Assembly: GCA_005222975.1 (NCBI GenBank)
Contig: NJBI01000034.1
Location: forward strand, 1 to 38,318
From: Promethearchaeota archaeon Loki_b31
Lineage (GTDB): Archaea; Asgardarchaeota; Lokiarchaeia; Sigyniarchaeales; SOKP01
Direction: 5' to 3'
DNA length: 38,318 bases
Part shown: positions 9,263 through 18,535 of the stretch, in pieces
How positions within the stretch are numbered: position 1 is the first letter of the stretch
How the letters are laid out: each line of letters starts with the position of its first letter
Position numbers and translations under genes: made by a program
The notes under the pieces: model-generated
What the model was told of the DNA's origin: nothing
Seen by the model: only the letters and a program-made list of their open reading frames with translations
Databases searched by the model: none

Positions 9263-10559
9263 CTTTTTTTGAAATTAATTCTTGATAAGTTTCATGAGTT
9301 TTTCTAGCTACTATATCCCAAGAAAAATTTTGACGAACTCTAATTTTACCTTCTGATCCTAATTTTTTACTGAAGTTCTTCCTTTTTAGAAGCGTTATAA
9401 CTTTATTAGCTATGTCTAAATAATTATCATATTCAACTAATAAACCATCAATGTTATTCCTAATGACTTCTGGAGTCGCCCCTATGTTTGCACCTATAAC
9501 TGGTTTGCCAGAAGCCCAAGCTTCTAAATATGCAATGCCAAACGCATCGCTTCGGCTTGGCATTAAAAATACATCTGTTTCGTTAAAAGCTGCTATTTTT
9601 TTTTTATCGTAATAGCCTTTTAAATTATCTGGAGTTAAATTAATAACTCGTCGAGTTATCGTTTTTTTAATTTTTGAGAGCTCTAGATTAAACGCAATAG
9701 TGGAAGGTCCAATAAAAACAAAATAAACTTTCTTATATTTCTTAATAATGTAGGGAAGTGCTCGTAAAATAGAAATTGCTCCTTTCTCGTAATTTTTATA
9801 ACCACAAAATAAGATCATTTTATATTTCTTTTCTTTTGGCTTGAAGTACTTTTGTTTAAATTTAAATTTGTTGTTACTTCGACCAGAAGAGAGATCAAAC
9901 TTTTTGTAGTCTACTCCCATCGAAATAACTTTAATTTTATCTTTGAGTAGGTTAAACTTTTCTACCATTACTTTTTTTTCAAGATTCGTACACGCAATGA
10001 TTTGATCAAATTTTTTTAAAGCTTCGAAAAGGTTTTTATTGAGATATCTAGGATTAGAGAAATGAAAAAAAGGCGTACAAACAGTAGTTTTATTGATAAG
10101 TTTTCCAAGTATTAAACTTGTTATAAGATTAAAATATGGAAAGAAGGTTGTATGAATTAAATCAAAGGAAAATTTAGTTGAGTGTGCTATTTTTTCAATT
10201 ATATCTCCTAAATAAGGACCATTTTTTAAAAAATCAATCAAACAATCATCAGAAAGTTTCAAAAGATTGTAGGATGGAAGATTTTTAATTATTTTTAATT
10301 TTTCTTCTAATAAAACATCATAATTTATAGGAAAACGCGTGATTTTTAAATTGTTTACAACATCATAATGTTTATCCCCTATATTTATTATTCTGCCATT
10401 AGATTGTCTTAGGGCTTTAAAATCAATTGCGGTGGAGGTATAGATATCAACTTGGTAATTGTATTTCGAATTTAATATCTCTGCCATCGTTTGGATATAA
10501 AACTCTGCCCCCGAGATTGCGGGGAAATATCTTGTCGGGAGATATAAAATCTTGTTCAA
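9255..10559 (-). CDS. glycosyltransferase family 4 (GT-B fold)
   Basis: YFPAISGAE N-terminal motif; PSRSDAFGIAYLEAWASGKPVIG...GATPEVI. Confidence 0.92.
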   Translation of the reverse strand: MNKILYLPTRYFPAISGAEFYIQTMAEILNSKYNYQVDIYTSTAIDFKALRQSNGRIINIGDKHYDVVNNLKITRFPINYDVLLEEKLKIIKNLPSYNLLKLSDDCLIDFLKNGPYLGDIIEKIAHSTKFSFDLIHTTFFPYFNLITSLILGKLINKTTVCTPFFHFSNPRYLNKNLFEALKKFDQIIACTNLEKKVMVEKFNLLKDKIKVISMGVDYKKFDLSSGRSNNKFKFKQKYFKPKEKKYKMILFCGYKNYEKGAISILRALPYIIKKYKKVYFVFIGPSTIAFNLELSKIKKTITRRVINLTPDNLKGYYDKKKIAAFNETDVFLMPSRSDAFGIAYLEAWASGKPVIGANIGATPEVIRNNIDGLLVEYDNYLDIANKVITLLKRKNFSKKLGSEGKIRVRQNFSWDIVARKTHETYQELISKKVD

Positions 10560-10608
10560 ACTTAATATCCTTTTTATTTATCAATTATAATTATTATATG
10601 ATAACTAA

Positions 10609-11001
10609 ATGTCTAAGGATTTATTATTTGATGTTTATTCAATTGCAAAAAAGAAAGGCGTAATCGATGATGAGTTAATAAATTTCATTGATACGATTTT
10701 TCCTAATAAGGCAGATAAGGTTTTAGATGTTATAAAAAAAGGCATAACAAAATATACTTATAAACCTTCGAATAGAGTTGTTTGGCTCGCTTTAGGAGAA
10801 AATCGCGAATATTTAATATATCCTAAGTTGTATTGTTCATGCCTAAATTTTTATAAGGAGGTTGTAATAAATCAATCCATAGGATATTGTAAACATCTTA
10901 TAACTCAAGTAATATGTGAAGCATTAAATAAACATAAAAAAGTTGAGTTAAAAGATAAAGAATTTGAAGATTTAATTAATAATTTGGAATCAAAATTTTA
11001 A
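10609..11001 (+). CDS. SWIM zinc-finger protein
   Basis: YCSC..F...CKHL pattern (CxC-xn-CxH). Confidence 0.85.
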   Translation: MSKDLLFDVYSIAKKKGVIDDELINFIDTIFPNKADKVLDVIKKGITKYTYKPSNRVVWLALGENREYLIYPKLYCSCLNFYKEVVINQSIGYCKHLITQVICEALNKHKKVELKDKEFEDLINNLESKF

Positions 11002-11625
11002 TACTTCTGCATTTTCTATTGAATTTTCAACTAAATCGAAAATATTGATTTTGGATTCTGAATGCTGTATTTCATGAGGTTTCGCGTGAGTTTCAGGGTA
11101 TTGTGGATTAAATTTACACCCCGCTGATGGGATAGAAGATACTTCATATGAACCAATTTTTTTATTCATATTTATTACTTCTTGTTTATCACATCCTATT
11201 AGCGGTCTTAATACTATAAAATCTTGAATTATATTATTATATGAATATAAATTATCTAAAGTTTGACTGGCTTGTTCTCCCAAAATATCTCCTGTAACAA
11301 TTATATTTGTATTTTCTAAACTTCCTAAACGTTTTGCTGTTCGAAGCATTAGTCGCTTGCATAAAACACAAGTTAATTTTCTGTCGCAAAATTGTTTAAA
11401 AGCTTCCAAGTTGTTATCGTGGTTAATAATATAGATTTTTAATTCGTTATCTGTGTACCTTGATAATAATTTGACAAGATCTATAACTTTATTTTTCATA
11501 GAATGATTTGAATCGTCTGATGTTAAAAATGAGAGAAACACCGGAATAAAACCCCTTTTTATCATTAAATATGCTGCGATTGAGCTGTCTAAACCACCTG
11601 AAAGTAAAGATATAAATTTTCTCAT
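10990..11625 (-). CDS. ThiI-like tRNA sulfurtransferase, PP-loop catalytic domain only
   Basis: LLSGGLDS, CVLCKRLM, VTGDILGEQASQTL.NL, LRPLIG.DKQE; no N-terminal THUMP domain. Confidence 0.85.
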   Translation of the reverse strand: MRKFISLLSGGLDSSIAAYLMIKRGFIPVFLSFLTSDDSNHSMKNKVIDLVKLLSRYTDNELKIYIINHDNNLEAFKQFCDRKLTCVLCKRLMLRTAKRLGSLENTNIIVTGDILGEQASQTLDNLYSYNNIIQDFIVLRPLIGCDKQEVINMNKKIGSYEVSSIPSAGCKFNPQYPETHAKPHEIQHSESKINIFDLVENSIENAEVLKF

Positions 11626-11640
11626 CGTTCAATTCAGATT

Positions 11641-12243
11641 TTAATTTGTAGTTATTTCTTCTCTTTCCCATTCTTTTAAATATTTATTAAAATCCTCAAG
11701 CATAATTTGTCTGGATATTTCAATTTTGTTTTTATATTCGAGTTTTTTAATTTTTAACATAATCTTTTTATTCTTTTCTAAGTGTTCTAGAGCTTTAGGA
11801 TATTCGTCTCTAAAAATCTCTTTAATATCATCAAAATCCGTATTTTTTAGGAAATCGTAATATCTAATTACATAATTACATAATGGATCTATACTTATTT
11901 CAAAATTAAAAGCATCAACTTGTTTTAAAGCCAAGGGGTAAGCCTTGCATGCTAATGGTTTAATTTCTTGTACTGTACAACCATTTTTTTTATCATAAAA
12001 AGGGCATCCTTGAGTTTCGTTGTCCAATCGTATTTTATATGTCACAACAAGTATTTTTTTGTTTAAAATGTCTGGAAATACTAAATCTTCGATAATTTTA
12101 AAGGCAATACCTTTTTTTTTAGCGATTTCTATTAATATATTTGCCTCTTTAGGATATATTGGTATTCTTTTTTTGGAACCAATAATTTCATGACAACACG
12201 TTCCGTATTTTAGACATGTGTATTTTAGCTCAGTCAATTCCAA
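11641..12243 (-). CDS. YkgJ family cysteine-cluster (CxxCxxCC) protein
   Basis: CLKYGTCC...GCPFY...CTV...KPLACKAYP. Confidence 0.85.
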   Translation of the reverse strand: MELTELKYTCLKYGTCCHEIIGSKKRIPIYPKEANILIEIAKKKGIAFKIIEDLVFPDILNKKILVVTYKIRLDNETQGCPFYDKKNGCTVQEIKPLACKAYPLALKQVDAFNFEISIDPLCNYVIRYYDFLKNTDFDDIKEIFRDEYPKALEHLEKNKKIMLKIKKLEYKNKIEISRQIMLEDFNKYLKEWEREEITTN

Positions 12244-12437
12244 AAATTTACCTTCTTCAGATGATATTGATATGAAATCCTCATTATATTTATAGATACC
12301 TTAAAAAATTAATTTATGTGATATTATGAATATATTACTTTAACAGTAAATCATGAGTCTATTAGGATAACACATTGATTTAAAGACATAAAAAAGATTC
12401 TAATTATATCGAATAAACAATACATAAGGTAAAAAAA

Positions 12438-13253
12438 TTGACTGAGTCTGGGATAAGGATAATTAAACATGATGATATTAAAGAAGAAGAATTCAAGGAC
12501 CCTATTTGTATTTTAGGAATGCCAGGTATCGCTGACGTTGGAAAATTCGCTATAGATTCTTTAATTGGACAATTAAATGCCCAAAGTTTTATGGATTTTA
12601 TATTTGATGATTACCCCGCTGGAGCTATAGTTGATGATAGTCTATTATCAGCGCCTAAAGCAGAAATTCTTTTTTGGAAAGATCCAAGTTATCGAAGAGA
12701 TATTATTTTAATTACTGCAGATGCGCAAAGTTTAACACCTAAAGGCATATATAGAATTTCAAATTTTCTTACAGAGATAATTCATCAATGTAAAATTAAG
12801 TTGATAGTTGCTTTGGGAGCGTATCCCGTAAATACTCGCAAGATTGATTCAAAAATTCCAAAAATATATGCAAGTTCAACTAACCGAGAACTGTTAGAGA
12901 ACTTTTTATCAAAAAATAATTGTGAAAAAATCCAAAAAGGGGTTATTATTGGTGCTAATGGGTTAATCCCAACTTTGGCAAAAGCGAGATTTAATATAGA
13001 CGGGATTGTTCTTTTGGCAGAAACGGATAATATTGCGATGCTTAATGAGGATATAACCGATTTAAAAGCTTCAATAACACTCTTAGAAATGATTAAGAAA
13101 TCTTTTATGTTACCAATTAAAAAGAAATATTCCCTTGATAATTTAGAAGATATTACAAAAAGTCTTCAAAGTAAAAGAGAACAATTAGAAAAAGATCTCG
13201 GTACATTTCAATTTGTTGATATTGACGATAAGAGAAAGTCATTATACATTTAA
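12438..13253 (+). CDS. PAC2 family proteasome assembly chaperone
   Basis: GMPGIADVGK, ITADAQ, IVALGAY, IIGANGLI, LLAET motifs. Confidence 0.85.
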   Translation: MTESGIRIIKHDDIKEEEFKDPICILGMPGIADVGKFAIDSLIGQLNAQSFMDFIFDDYPAGAIVDDSLLSAPKAEILFWKDPSYRRDIILITADAQSLTPKGIYRISNFLTEIIHQCKIKLIVALGAYPVNTRKIDSKIPKIYASSTNRELLENFLSKNNCEKIQKGVIIGANGLIPTLAKARFNIDGIVLLAETDNIAMLNEDITDLKASITLLEMIKKSFMLPIKKKYSLDNLEDITKSLQSKREQLEKDLGTFQFVDIDDKRKSLYI

Positions 13254-13352
13254 AATTATTTATTTTTTTACATTATTAATGTTTTTAGGAATTCTACTAA
13301 CAACTTTAATTATTTGCGAAAAATATTTTAACACTAATTCATTTTAAAAGAT

Positions 13353-13502
13353 ATGAAGTATGTTTGCGCTAGAAAAAGTTGTGGGAAAGAAGTCTCTAAA
13401 AAAGAATTAAACGCTCTTCCTGGAATAAAATGTTCCCACTGTGGATTTCGCATCCTATACAAAAAACGCCCTGATGTTATAAAAAGAATTAAAGGGATAT
13501 AG
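13353..13502 (+). CDS. rpoP: DNA-directed RNA polymerase subunit P (Rpo12); absent from the ORF track
   Basis: Translated by hand: MKYVCARKSCGKEVSKKELNALPGIKCSHCGFRILYKKRPDVIKRIKGI*; YxC..CG...IxCxxCGxRILxKxRP signature. Confidence 0.93.
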   Translation: MKYVCARKSCGKEVSKKELNALPGIKCSHCGFRILYKKRPDVIKRIKGI

Positions 13503-13542
13503 AACTTTATTAATTTGAAAGTAAGATTTTTTTAAATGCGAT

Positions 13543-14472
13543 CTATGGATTCAATTCATATCTCATATGATTTACAAGTTCTTTATATCTGTTCCGTATA
13601 GTAGCTTCAGTTACACCTGCGGCTAATGAGATCTCTTTTTGAGTCCGGCGTTCTCCCTCTTGTATCGCCGCTACATATAAAGCAGCACCCGCTAGACCAG
13701 TGGGAGCTTTTCCAGCAGTAATATGATATTTTTTTGCTAATTTTAATAATTCTGCTGCTCGATTCTGAGTTCTTCCTGAAAGTTTTAATTCAGCACAAAA
13801 TCTAGGGATAAAATTTATTGGAGAGGAAACTTGAATATTTATTTTTAATTCGATTAGAATTAACCTATAACAACGAGCAATTTTTTTTTTATCGACTAGG
13901 GCAAATTCGATAAAGTCATCTAAAGTTTTTGGAATATTATTCAACCTGCATGATAAATAAATGGAAGCTATCAACATTGCCTCAATAGATCTTCCTCTTA
14001 TTAGATTTTTATGAGCCATTTTTCTGTATATATGAGCAGCCGATTCTTTTAAGGCTTTGGACAGATTCAATTGAGAAGAAAAGCGATCTAATTCGTTCAT
14101 AGCATAAGCTAAATTTCGATCTATTGATTTATTTGTCCTCGTTCTTACATGCCATTTTCTTAAGCGATATACTTCAGCTTTCATTTTTGGGCTGATACAT
14201 TTACCGAACGCGTCTTTATTTTTCCACCCAATCATAGTGCTTAATCCTTTATCATGGAGTGTCAAAGTTGTTGGCGCTCCTACTCTAACTTTTTTATTGG
14301 CTTCTTCTGAAGAGAAAGCTCTCCATTCAGGACCAGAATCAATGATTTTTTGGCTCAAAACTAAACCACATACATTGCAAATTAACTCACCACGAGTGCT
14401 ATCAGAAATCAGATTTGTATTCCCACATTCTGGGCATAAATTTAAATTATTTTGAAGCATTGAAAGATCCAA
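13543..14472 (-). CDS. tfb: transcription initiation factor IIB (TFB)
   Basis: CPECG zinc ribbon, IDSGPEWRAF B-reader, LHDKGLST, two cyclin repeats, GVTEATIRNRYKEL. Confidence 0.97.
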   Translation of the reverse strand: MDLSMLQNNLNLCPECGNTNLISDSTRGELICNVCGLVLSQKIIDSGPEWRAFSSEEANKKVRVGAPTTLTLHDKGLSTMIGWKNKDAFGKCISPKMKAEVYRLRKWHVRTRTNKSIDRNLAYAMNELDRFSSQLNLSKALKESAAHIYRKMAHKNLIRGRSIEAMLIASIYLSCRLNNIPKTLDDFIEFALVDKKKIARCYRLILIELKINIQVSSPINFIPRFCAELKLSGRTQNRAAELLKLAKKYHITAGKAPTGLAGAALYVAAIQEGERRTQKEISLAAGVTEATIRNRYKELVNHMRYELNP

Positions 14473-14640
14473 TTACTTATACCCACACATATTTCAATTC
14501 CTTAATTTCTATAATTAAAGTCATACATTTAAATGTTTGCGTTTTTAGGATTTATCAGTTAATAAAAATCACATTTTAAAATTTTAGTTTTTAATATTTC
14601 ACCGAAAAATTTTAATAAGTTATATTTTTCTGATTACATA

Positions 14641-15108
14641 ATGCGACATTTTTATAAAAGTCACGGTAAGCATTGTTATCTTCGATCTTTTCAGACATCT
14701 TGCAGAAAGTGTGGTGCAGATGTGTTATATTGGGAATGCACTCATGGAAGTAAAATCTTTTTTGAGTACCCACCTTATGGAAAATTGCAAAGACATTATT
14801 GTCGGAACCTTAATGGAATATCACATAAAAGAAAAATTTTTCCAGTTGTTGTTAAAAAACCTAAAGGTCTTTTAGAAAACCCATATTTCAGTTGCCCAGT
14901 GTGTGGGAAATTGTTTAGAAAAGAAATATATTTAAAAGATCATCTAAATGAACTAAAAAAAAATGATTCCAAGCATAAATTATTTTTTCAAAATAAAATA
15001 ATATTTAATTATAAATTTAACGATATGAATAAATTAAAATCTGAAAAGAATAAATTTCAAGATAAACCTAGGTTTGGGAGAATTAATATAAGGGCAGCAA
15101 AAAAATAA
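14641..15108 (+). CDS. hypothetical zinc-finger protein
   Basis: CRKC...HYC module plus C2H2-like CPVCGKLF.....LKDH...H. Confidence 0.7.
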   Translation: MRHFYKSHGKHCYLRSFQTSCRKCGADVLYWECTHGSKIFFEYPPYGKLQRHYCRNLNGISHKRKIFPVVVKKPKGLLENPYFSCPVCGKLFRKEIYLKDHLNELKKNDSKHKLFFQNKIIFNYKFNDMNKLKSEKNKFQDKPRFGRINIRAAKK

Positions 15109-15215
15109 TATACAAACCCATAACATTTTAATAAAAATTTTATAATTATATTTATACTAATATATTATTATTAATTCTTCACTAGGATATATAAATCTAA
15201 AAAATTGAGGAAAAA

Positions 15216-15824
15216 ATGACAACTGATCCTGCAACTGTTATTTATAATTTATTGCAAAAAGATCCCAGTATTATTGCTGCTGCTGTAATTCAAGGAAGAG
15301 ATAACATTCTTTACTCAACAGATAACTGGGACATTAGCCCTGATATTGCTAAAGTTAGTTCAAGTTGGAGCAGCTTAAACGCTCCATTTATCATGATTTC
15401 TGGTGTGAAATATTCTGTGCTTCAATGCACATCAGAAAGGATGGTAGCTACTTCAATTCGGGGTGAAGGACACATAATTGGAGCAAAAGATGAAGAACAC
15501 AAAATACTAATATACCTTGAACCAGATGGTGAACCTATGGGAGCAACGATGGATACAGCAAGAGCAGTTTCAGAGTTAAGTACAAAGCAAGCTTATGTGG
15601 GGGCTAATAGTCAATTTAGTGGAAGCAGTGTAACCCCTGCGCCTGTTGCAGGAAAAAGTATAGATCCTCAATTAAAAGGGGAAATTCAGTCTTTCTTAGA
15701 ATGGATTAAAGATGGCGAGGGGCTTTCAGGATATATTAATTATTATCTTCAACAAAATAACGCCCATATCATATCCGAACTTTCAAAAATATATAACGAG
15801 TTAAGGCAAATATTTGGAGTGTAA
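15216..15824 (+). CDS. profilin-domain protein with C-terminal extension
   Basis: First ~122 aa follow the Loki profilin pattern (AAAVI..., STDNWDIS, ISGVKYSVLQCTSERMVATSIRGEGHIIG, LIYLEP); extra ~80 aa. Confidence 0.8.
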   Translation: MTTDPATVIYNLLQKDPSIIAAAVIQGRDNILYSTDNWDISPDIAKVSSSWSSLNAPFIMISGVKYSVLQCTSERMVATSIRGEGHIIGAKDEEHKILIYLEPDGEPMGATMDTARAVSELSTKQAYVGANSQFSGSSVTPAPVAGKSIDPQLKGEIQSFLEWIKDGEGLSGYINYYLQQNNAHIISELSKIYNELRQIFGV

Positions 15825-15975
15825 TTTGACTTTTAATTATAGTCATATTATTGGAAAGTTCTCAGAAAAAACATAAAAACAATCAAAAATCTTCAAAAAG
15901 TAATGACAAATACCTCTCTCCAACAATTTACCTTCCAAAAATTAAAATTCTCAAAATAGCAACGAGCGAAGAAAA

Positions 15976-16365
15976 GTGGTTAAACAACCAAAAAAAAAGT
16001 TAGAAAAAAGAAAAGCAGTGTATATAACAGATGAGGATTTAGAAATGGATATTCCCTTAGTTCCTGAAGCACCAAAAAAGTTAACGGTTAATTCTCGAGG
16101 TCTTTCTACTGACTTGCTTATTGAAATGAAAAAACTTGAATCGGAAAAAGTAAAAGTAGTTTTAGTTAATTGTGAACGGTGTAAAAAAATAATCCCCGTG
16201 CCAATTCCAAAGAATTTTATATCAAAATCAAAGCTACCTGTTGTTCCCATAAGTTATATTCACAAAAACCCTCAAAATAAAGATCAACATTGTATCACTC
16301 TTCATGTTGATCATGATTTTGATATACGCCGGCAACGTATATCAGATGTTGTTTTTTCTCCTTAG
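15976..16365 (+). CDS. hypothetical metal-binding protein
   Basis: CERC...YIH...DQH..TLHVDHDF.IR; GTG start. Confidence 0.7.
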   Translation: MVKQPKKKLEKRKAVYITDEDLEMDIPLVPEAPKKLTVNSRGLSTDLLIEMKKLESEKVKVVLVNCERCKKIIPVPIPKNFISKSKLPVVPISYIHKNPQNKDQHCITLHVDHDFDIRRQRISDVVFSP

Positions 16366-16374
16366 TAATTATAT

Positions 16375-16596
16375 TCACATTAAATTAGTAACGACCACGA
16401 TAATAAAAGGAATTAAACATAATAAACAAATAAAAGCAATAAAACTATTTCTCCACTTCAAATCGTTAGGATTAAGAATTGCATTGCAGCTTTCACAATA
16501 TTTCTGATTTGGGTCAATTATTTCACTATCACAGTTATAACATCGTGTTAGCGCATTATTCTTTTTAATAGTAGAATTGTGTTTAGACCTAGACAT
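16375..16596 (-). CDS. small zinc-ribbon membrane protein
   Basis: CYNC...YCESC followed by a C-terminal hydrophobic helix. Confidence 0.7.
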   Translation of the reverse strand: MSRSKHNSTIKKNNALTRCYNCDSEIIDPNQKYCESCNAILNPNDLKWRNSFIAFICLLCLIPFIIVVVTNLM

Positions 16597-16712
16597 TAGA
16601 ATTCAAAGACTTATATAATTTAATAGAATTAAAAAAATGCTGTAAACTATATATTATATAATTCTCAATTTAAATAAAATTATAAAATCATTGTTTAATT
16701 GGTGAATAATCG

Positions 16713-17526
16713 ATTTCTGGTTATATAGGCAAAAGAATTAGATTAGAACGAATTTTTAATAGGGAAACAAATAAGACGATTATAGTTCCTATGGACCATG
16801 GATTAGCTGTAGGTCCTATTAAAGGAATTAAAAGAAGTTTAGGAGAAATGGTAAACAAAATAGCTTTAGGGGGCGCAAATGCCGTTTTAGGGCATGTAGG
16901 GATTCCATTATACGCCCATAGAGGATATGGTCCAGATATCGGCTTAATTTTACATTTATCTGGTTCAACCTCTCTAAGTCCCAAGTCAAATTATAAAGTT
17001 TTAGTAAATAATTTATTAGACGCAGTAAAATTAGGAGCCGATGGTGTATCTTTGCATATTAATATTGGAACAAAGGCAGATCCAGAAATGCTAGAAATTC
17101 TAGGAGTAGTTTCATGTGAATGCCGAGAGTTTGGAATGCCCCTTTTGGCTATGATGTATCCTAGAGGGGAAAATATCGAAAACGAACACGATGTTGAGGT
17201 CGTTAAAATAGCAGTAAGAGTCGCTGCGGAACTAGGAGCAGATGTTGTGAAAACTAATTGGACAGGAGACCCTGATTCTTTTAGTGAAGTAGTTGAGGGG
17301 TGCATGGCACCAGTAATTATCGCGGGAGGGGGTTAAGGCGGGGATTAAAGAACTTTTGGAAATAACTAAGCAATCTATAGATGTTGGAGGCGCTGGAGTT
17401 GCCTATGGAAGAAATGTATTTCAAGCGGATAATCCTACAAAAGTTGTGAAAGCGCTTTATCTAATTGTTCACAAAAATTATGAAGTAGAACAAGCCATTA
17501 CAGAAACAAACATAAAAGGTCTATAA
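16713..17526 (+). pseudogene. aroA': class I aldolase, 2-amino-3,7-dideoxy-D-threo-hept-6-ulosonate synthase-like; ATT start and +1 frameshift at the G5 run 17328-17332
   Basis: In-frame extension [47 protein letters not shown]; the C-terminus ELLEITKQSIDVGGAGVAYGRNVFQ...IKGL* lies in the +1 frame up to TAA at 17524-17526; may be a sequencing error. Confidence 0.8.
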
Positions 17527-17565
17527 AGCGCAAATTTATTAAATCAATAATAGTATTTATAAGAA

Positions 17566-17934
17566 ATGAGACCCATAATCGAAAAAACTAAAGAGATTGG
17601 TAAGATTAAGATTTATTTATCGCTTTTTAAATTGCAAAAAAGTTATCTCTTGCTTATCTCTGATCAGGAAAACAGAGGTATCGGAAATGTAACTTTAGGA
17701 AGCCCATCAACAATTGAAGGAATGAAGGCCTCATCAGTTACACATCAGCTATTCGGAGTCCAAAGAAAATTATTAAGTAAAATTATTGTTGAAAAGACAT
17801 CTTCTTATCTTAATGCCCCAGTATTATTATTATTGTTTTTAAAATCAGTAGAAAACGAAAGTGAGATCGTAAAAACGCTGATCTTATTTTTAAATGCAGC
17901 GTTAAATGAAATCTCTAACAATACTGATAAATAA
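17566..17934 (+). CDS. putative proteasome assembly chaperone 4 (PAC4/PSMG4)-like protein
   Basis: Size and motif order (SYLLLISD...IGNVTLGSP...THQLFG...LSKII......APVLL) recall PAC4; pattern-level recognition only. Confidence 0.55.
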   Translation: MRPIIEKTKEIGKIKIYLSLFKLQKSYLLLISDQENRGIGNVTLGSPSTIEGMKASSVTHQLFGVQRKLLSKIIVEKTSSYLNAPVLLLLFLKSVENESEIVKTLILFLNAALNEISNNTDK

Positions 17935-17974
17935 TTTAAGAGGTTGAAATAAAGCCTATTTTGAAGAGAAAAAA

Positions 17975-18140
17975 TGCAGAGAAGGGGATTTGAACCCCTG
18001 TAGACCTATGTCAATGGATCTTGAGTGTGGTTCAAAAACGCAAAAGATTACGGTTTTTGAAAATGTCCATCACCGGTTGCCGCTTTATTATTCCTTATTT
18101 AGAAATAATTCTTGCTTTGACCTGGCTTGGTTATCTCTGC
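17975..18140 (-). tRNA. tRNA-Leu(CAA) with two introns (21/22: 18076-18116, 41 nt; 32/33: 18025-18064, 40 nt)
   Basis: Acceptor GCAGAGA/TCTCTGC+A, T-arm AGGGG-TTCAAAT-CCCCT, long variable arm; removing both introns gives an 85-nt tRNA with ATGGA-CTCAAGA-TCCAT, colinear with the intronless tRNA-Leu at 34135. Confidence 0.9.
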
Positions 18141-18226
18141 TCTATTTTAATTCTTTATTATCTCTTATATATTTTGTAATAATAAGTATAAATTAATAAT
18201 TTTTTAAAGATGAGGTGATATTCGCA

Positions 18227-18454
18227 TTAAGTCATAAAGAACATAAATACAAAAAGGACCGCCATCATCCCGAACATAAAAATCATTTGAATTCTTCCTT
18301 TTTTCTTTTTCTTTTTTTCATGGGTGAAGTAATTATCTCGACAAGTTTGACTGCAAAACTGTTTATCCGTTGGCATTGCCTTTCCGCATATTGGGCAATG
18401 ACCATGTGGCCCCCATTTCTTTTTAATTTGGTCTTTCCATGAAGCTTGAGACAT
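18227..18454 (-). CDS. DUF2116 family zinc-ribbon membrane protein
   Basis: PHGHCPICGKAMP....FCS..C, lysine run and C-terminal TM helix; start moved to ATG at 18454 (MSQASW). Confidence 0.82.
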   Translation of the reverse strand: MSQASWKDQIKKKWGPHGHCPICGKAMPTDKQFCSQTCRDNYFTHEKKKKKKGRIQMIFMFGMMAVLFVFMFFMT

Positions 18455-18535
18455 TTTTATTTCATCTATATATTGACTGTTTAGAACTATGTTAGTAAAA
18501 TGTTGCAAATTAAAATAATTTATTATAAAAAAATC

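Noticed and set aside
17990-18196. 68-aa plus-strand ORF in the track
   Set aside because: It is the antisense of the intron-containing tRNA-Leu(CAA).
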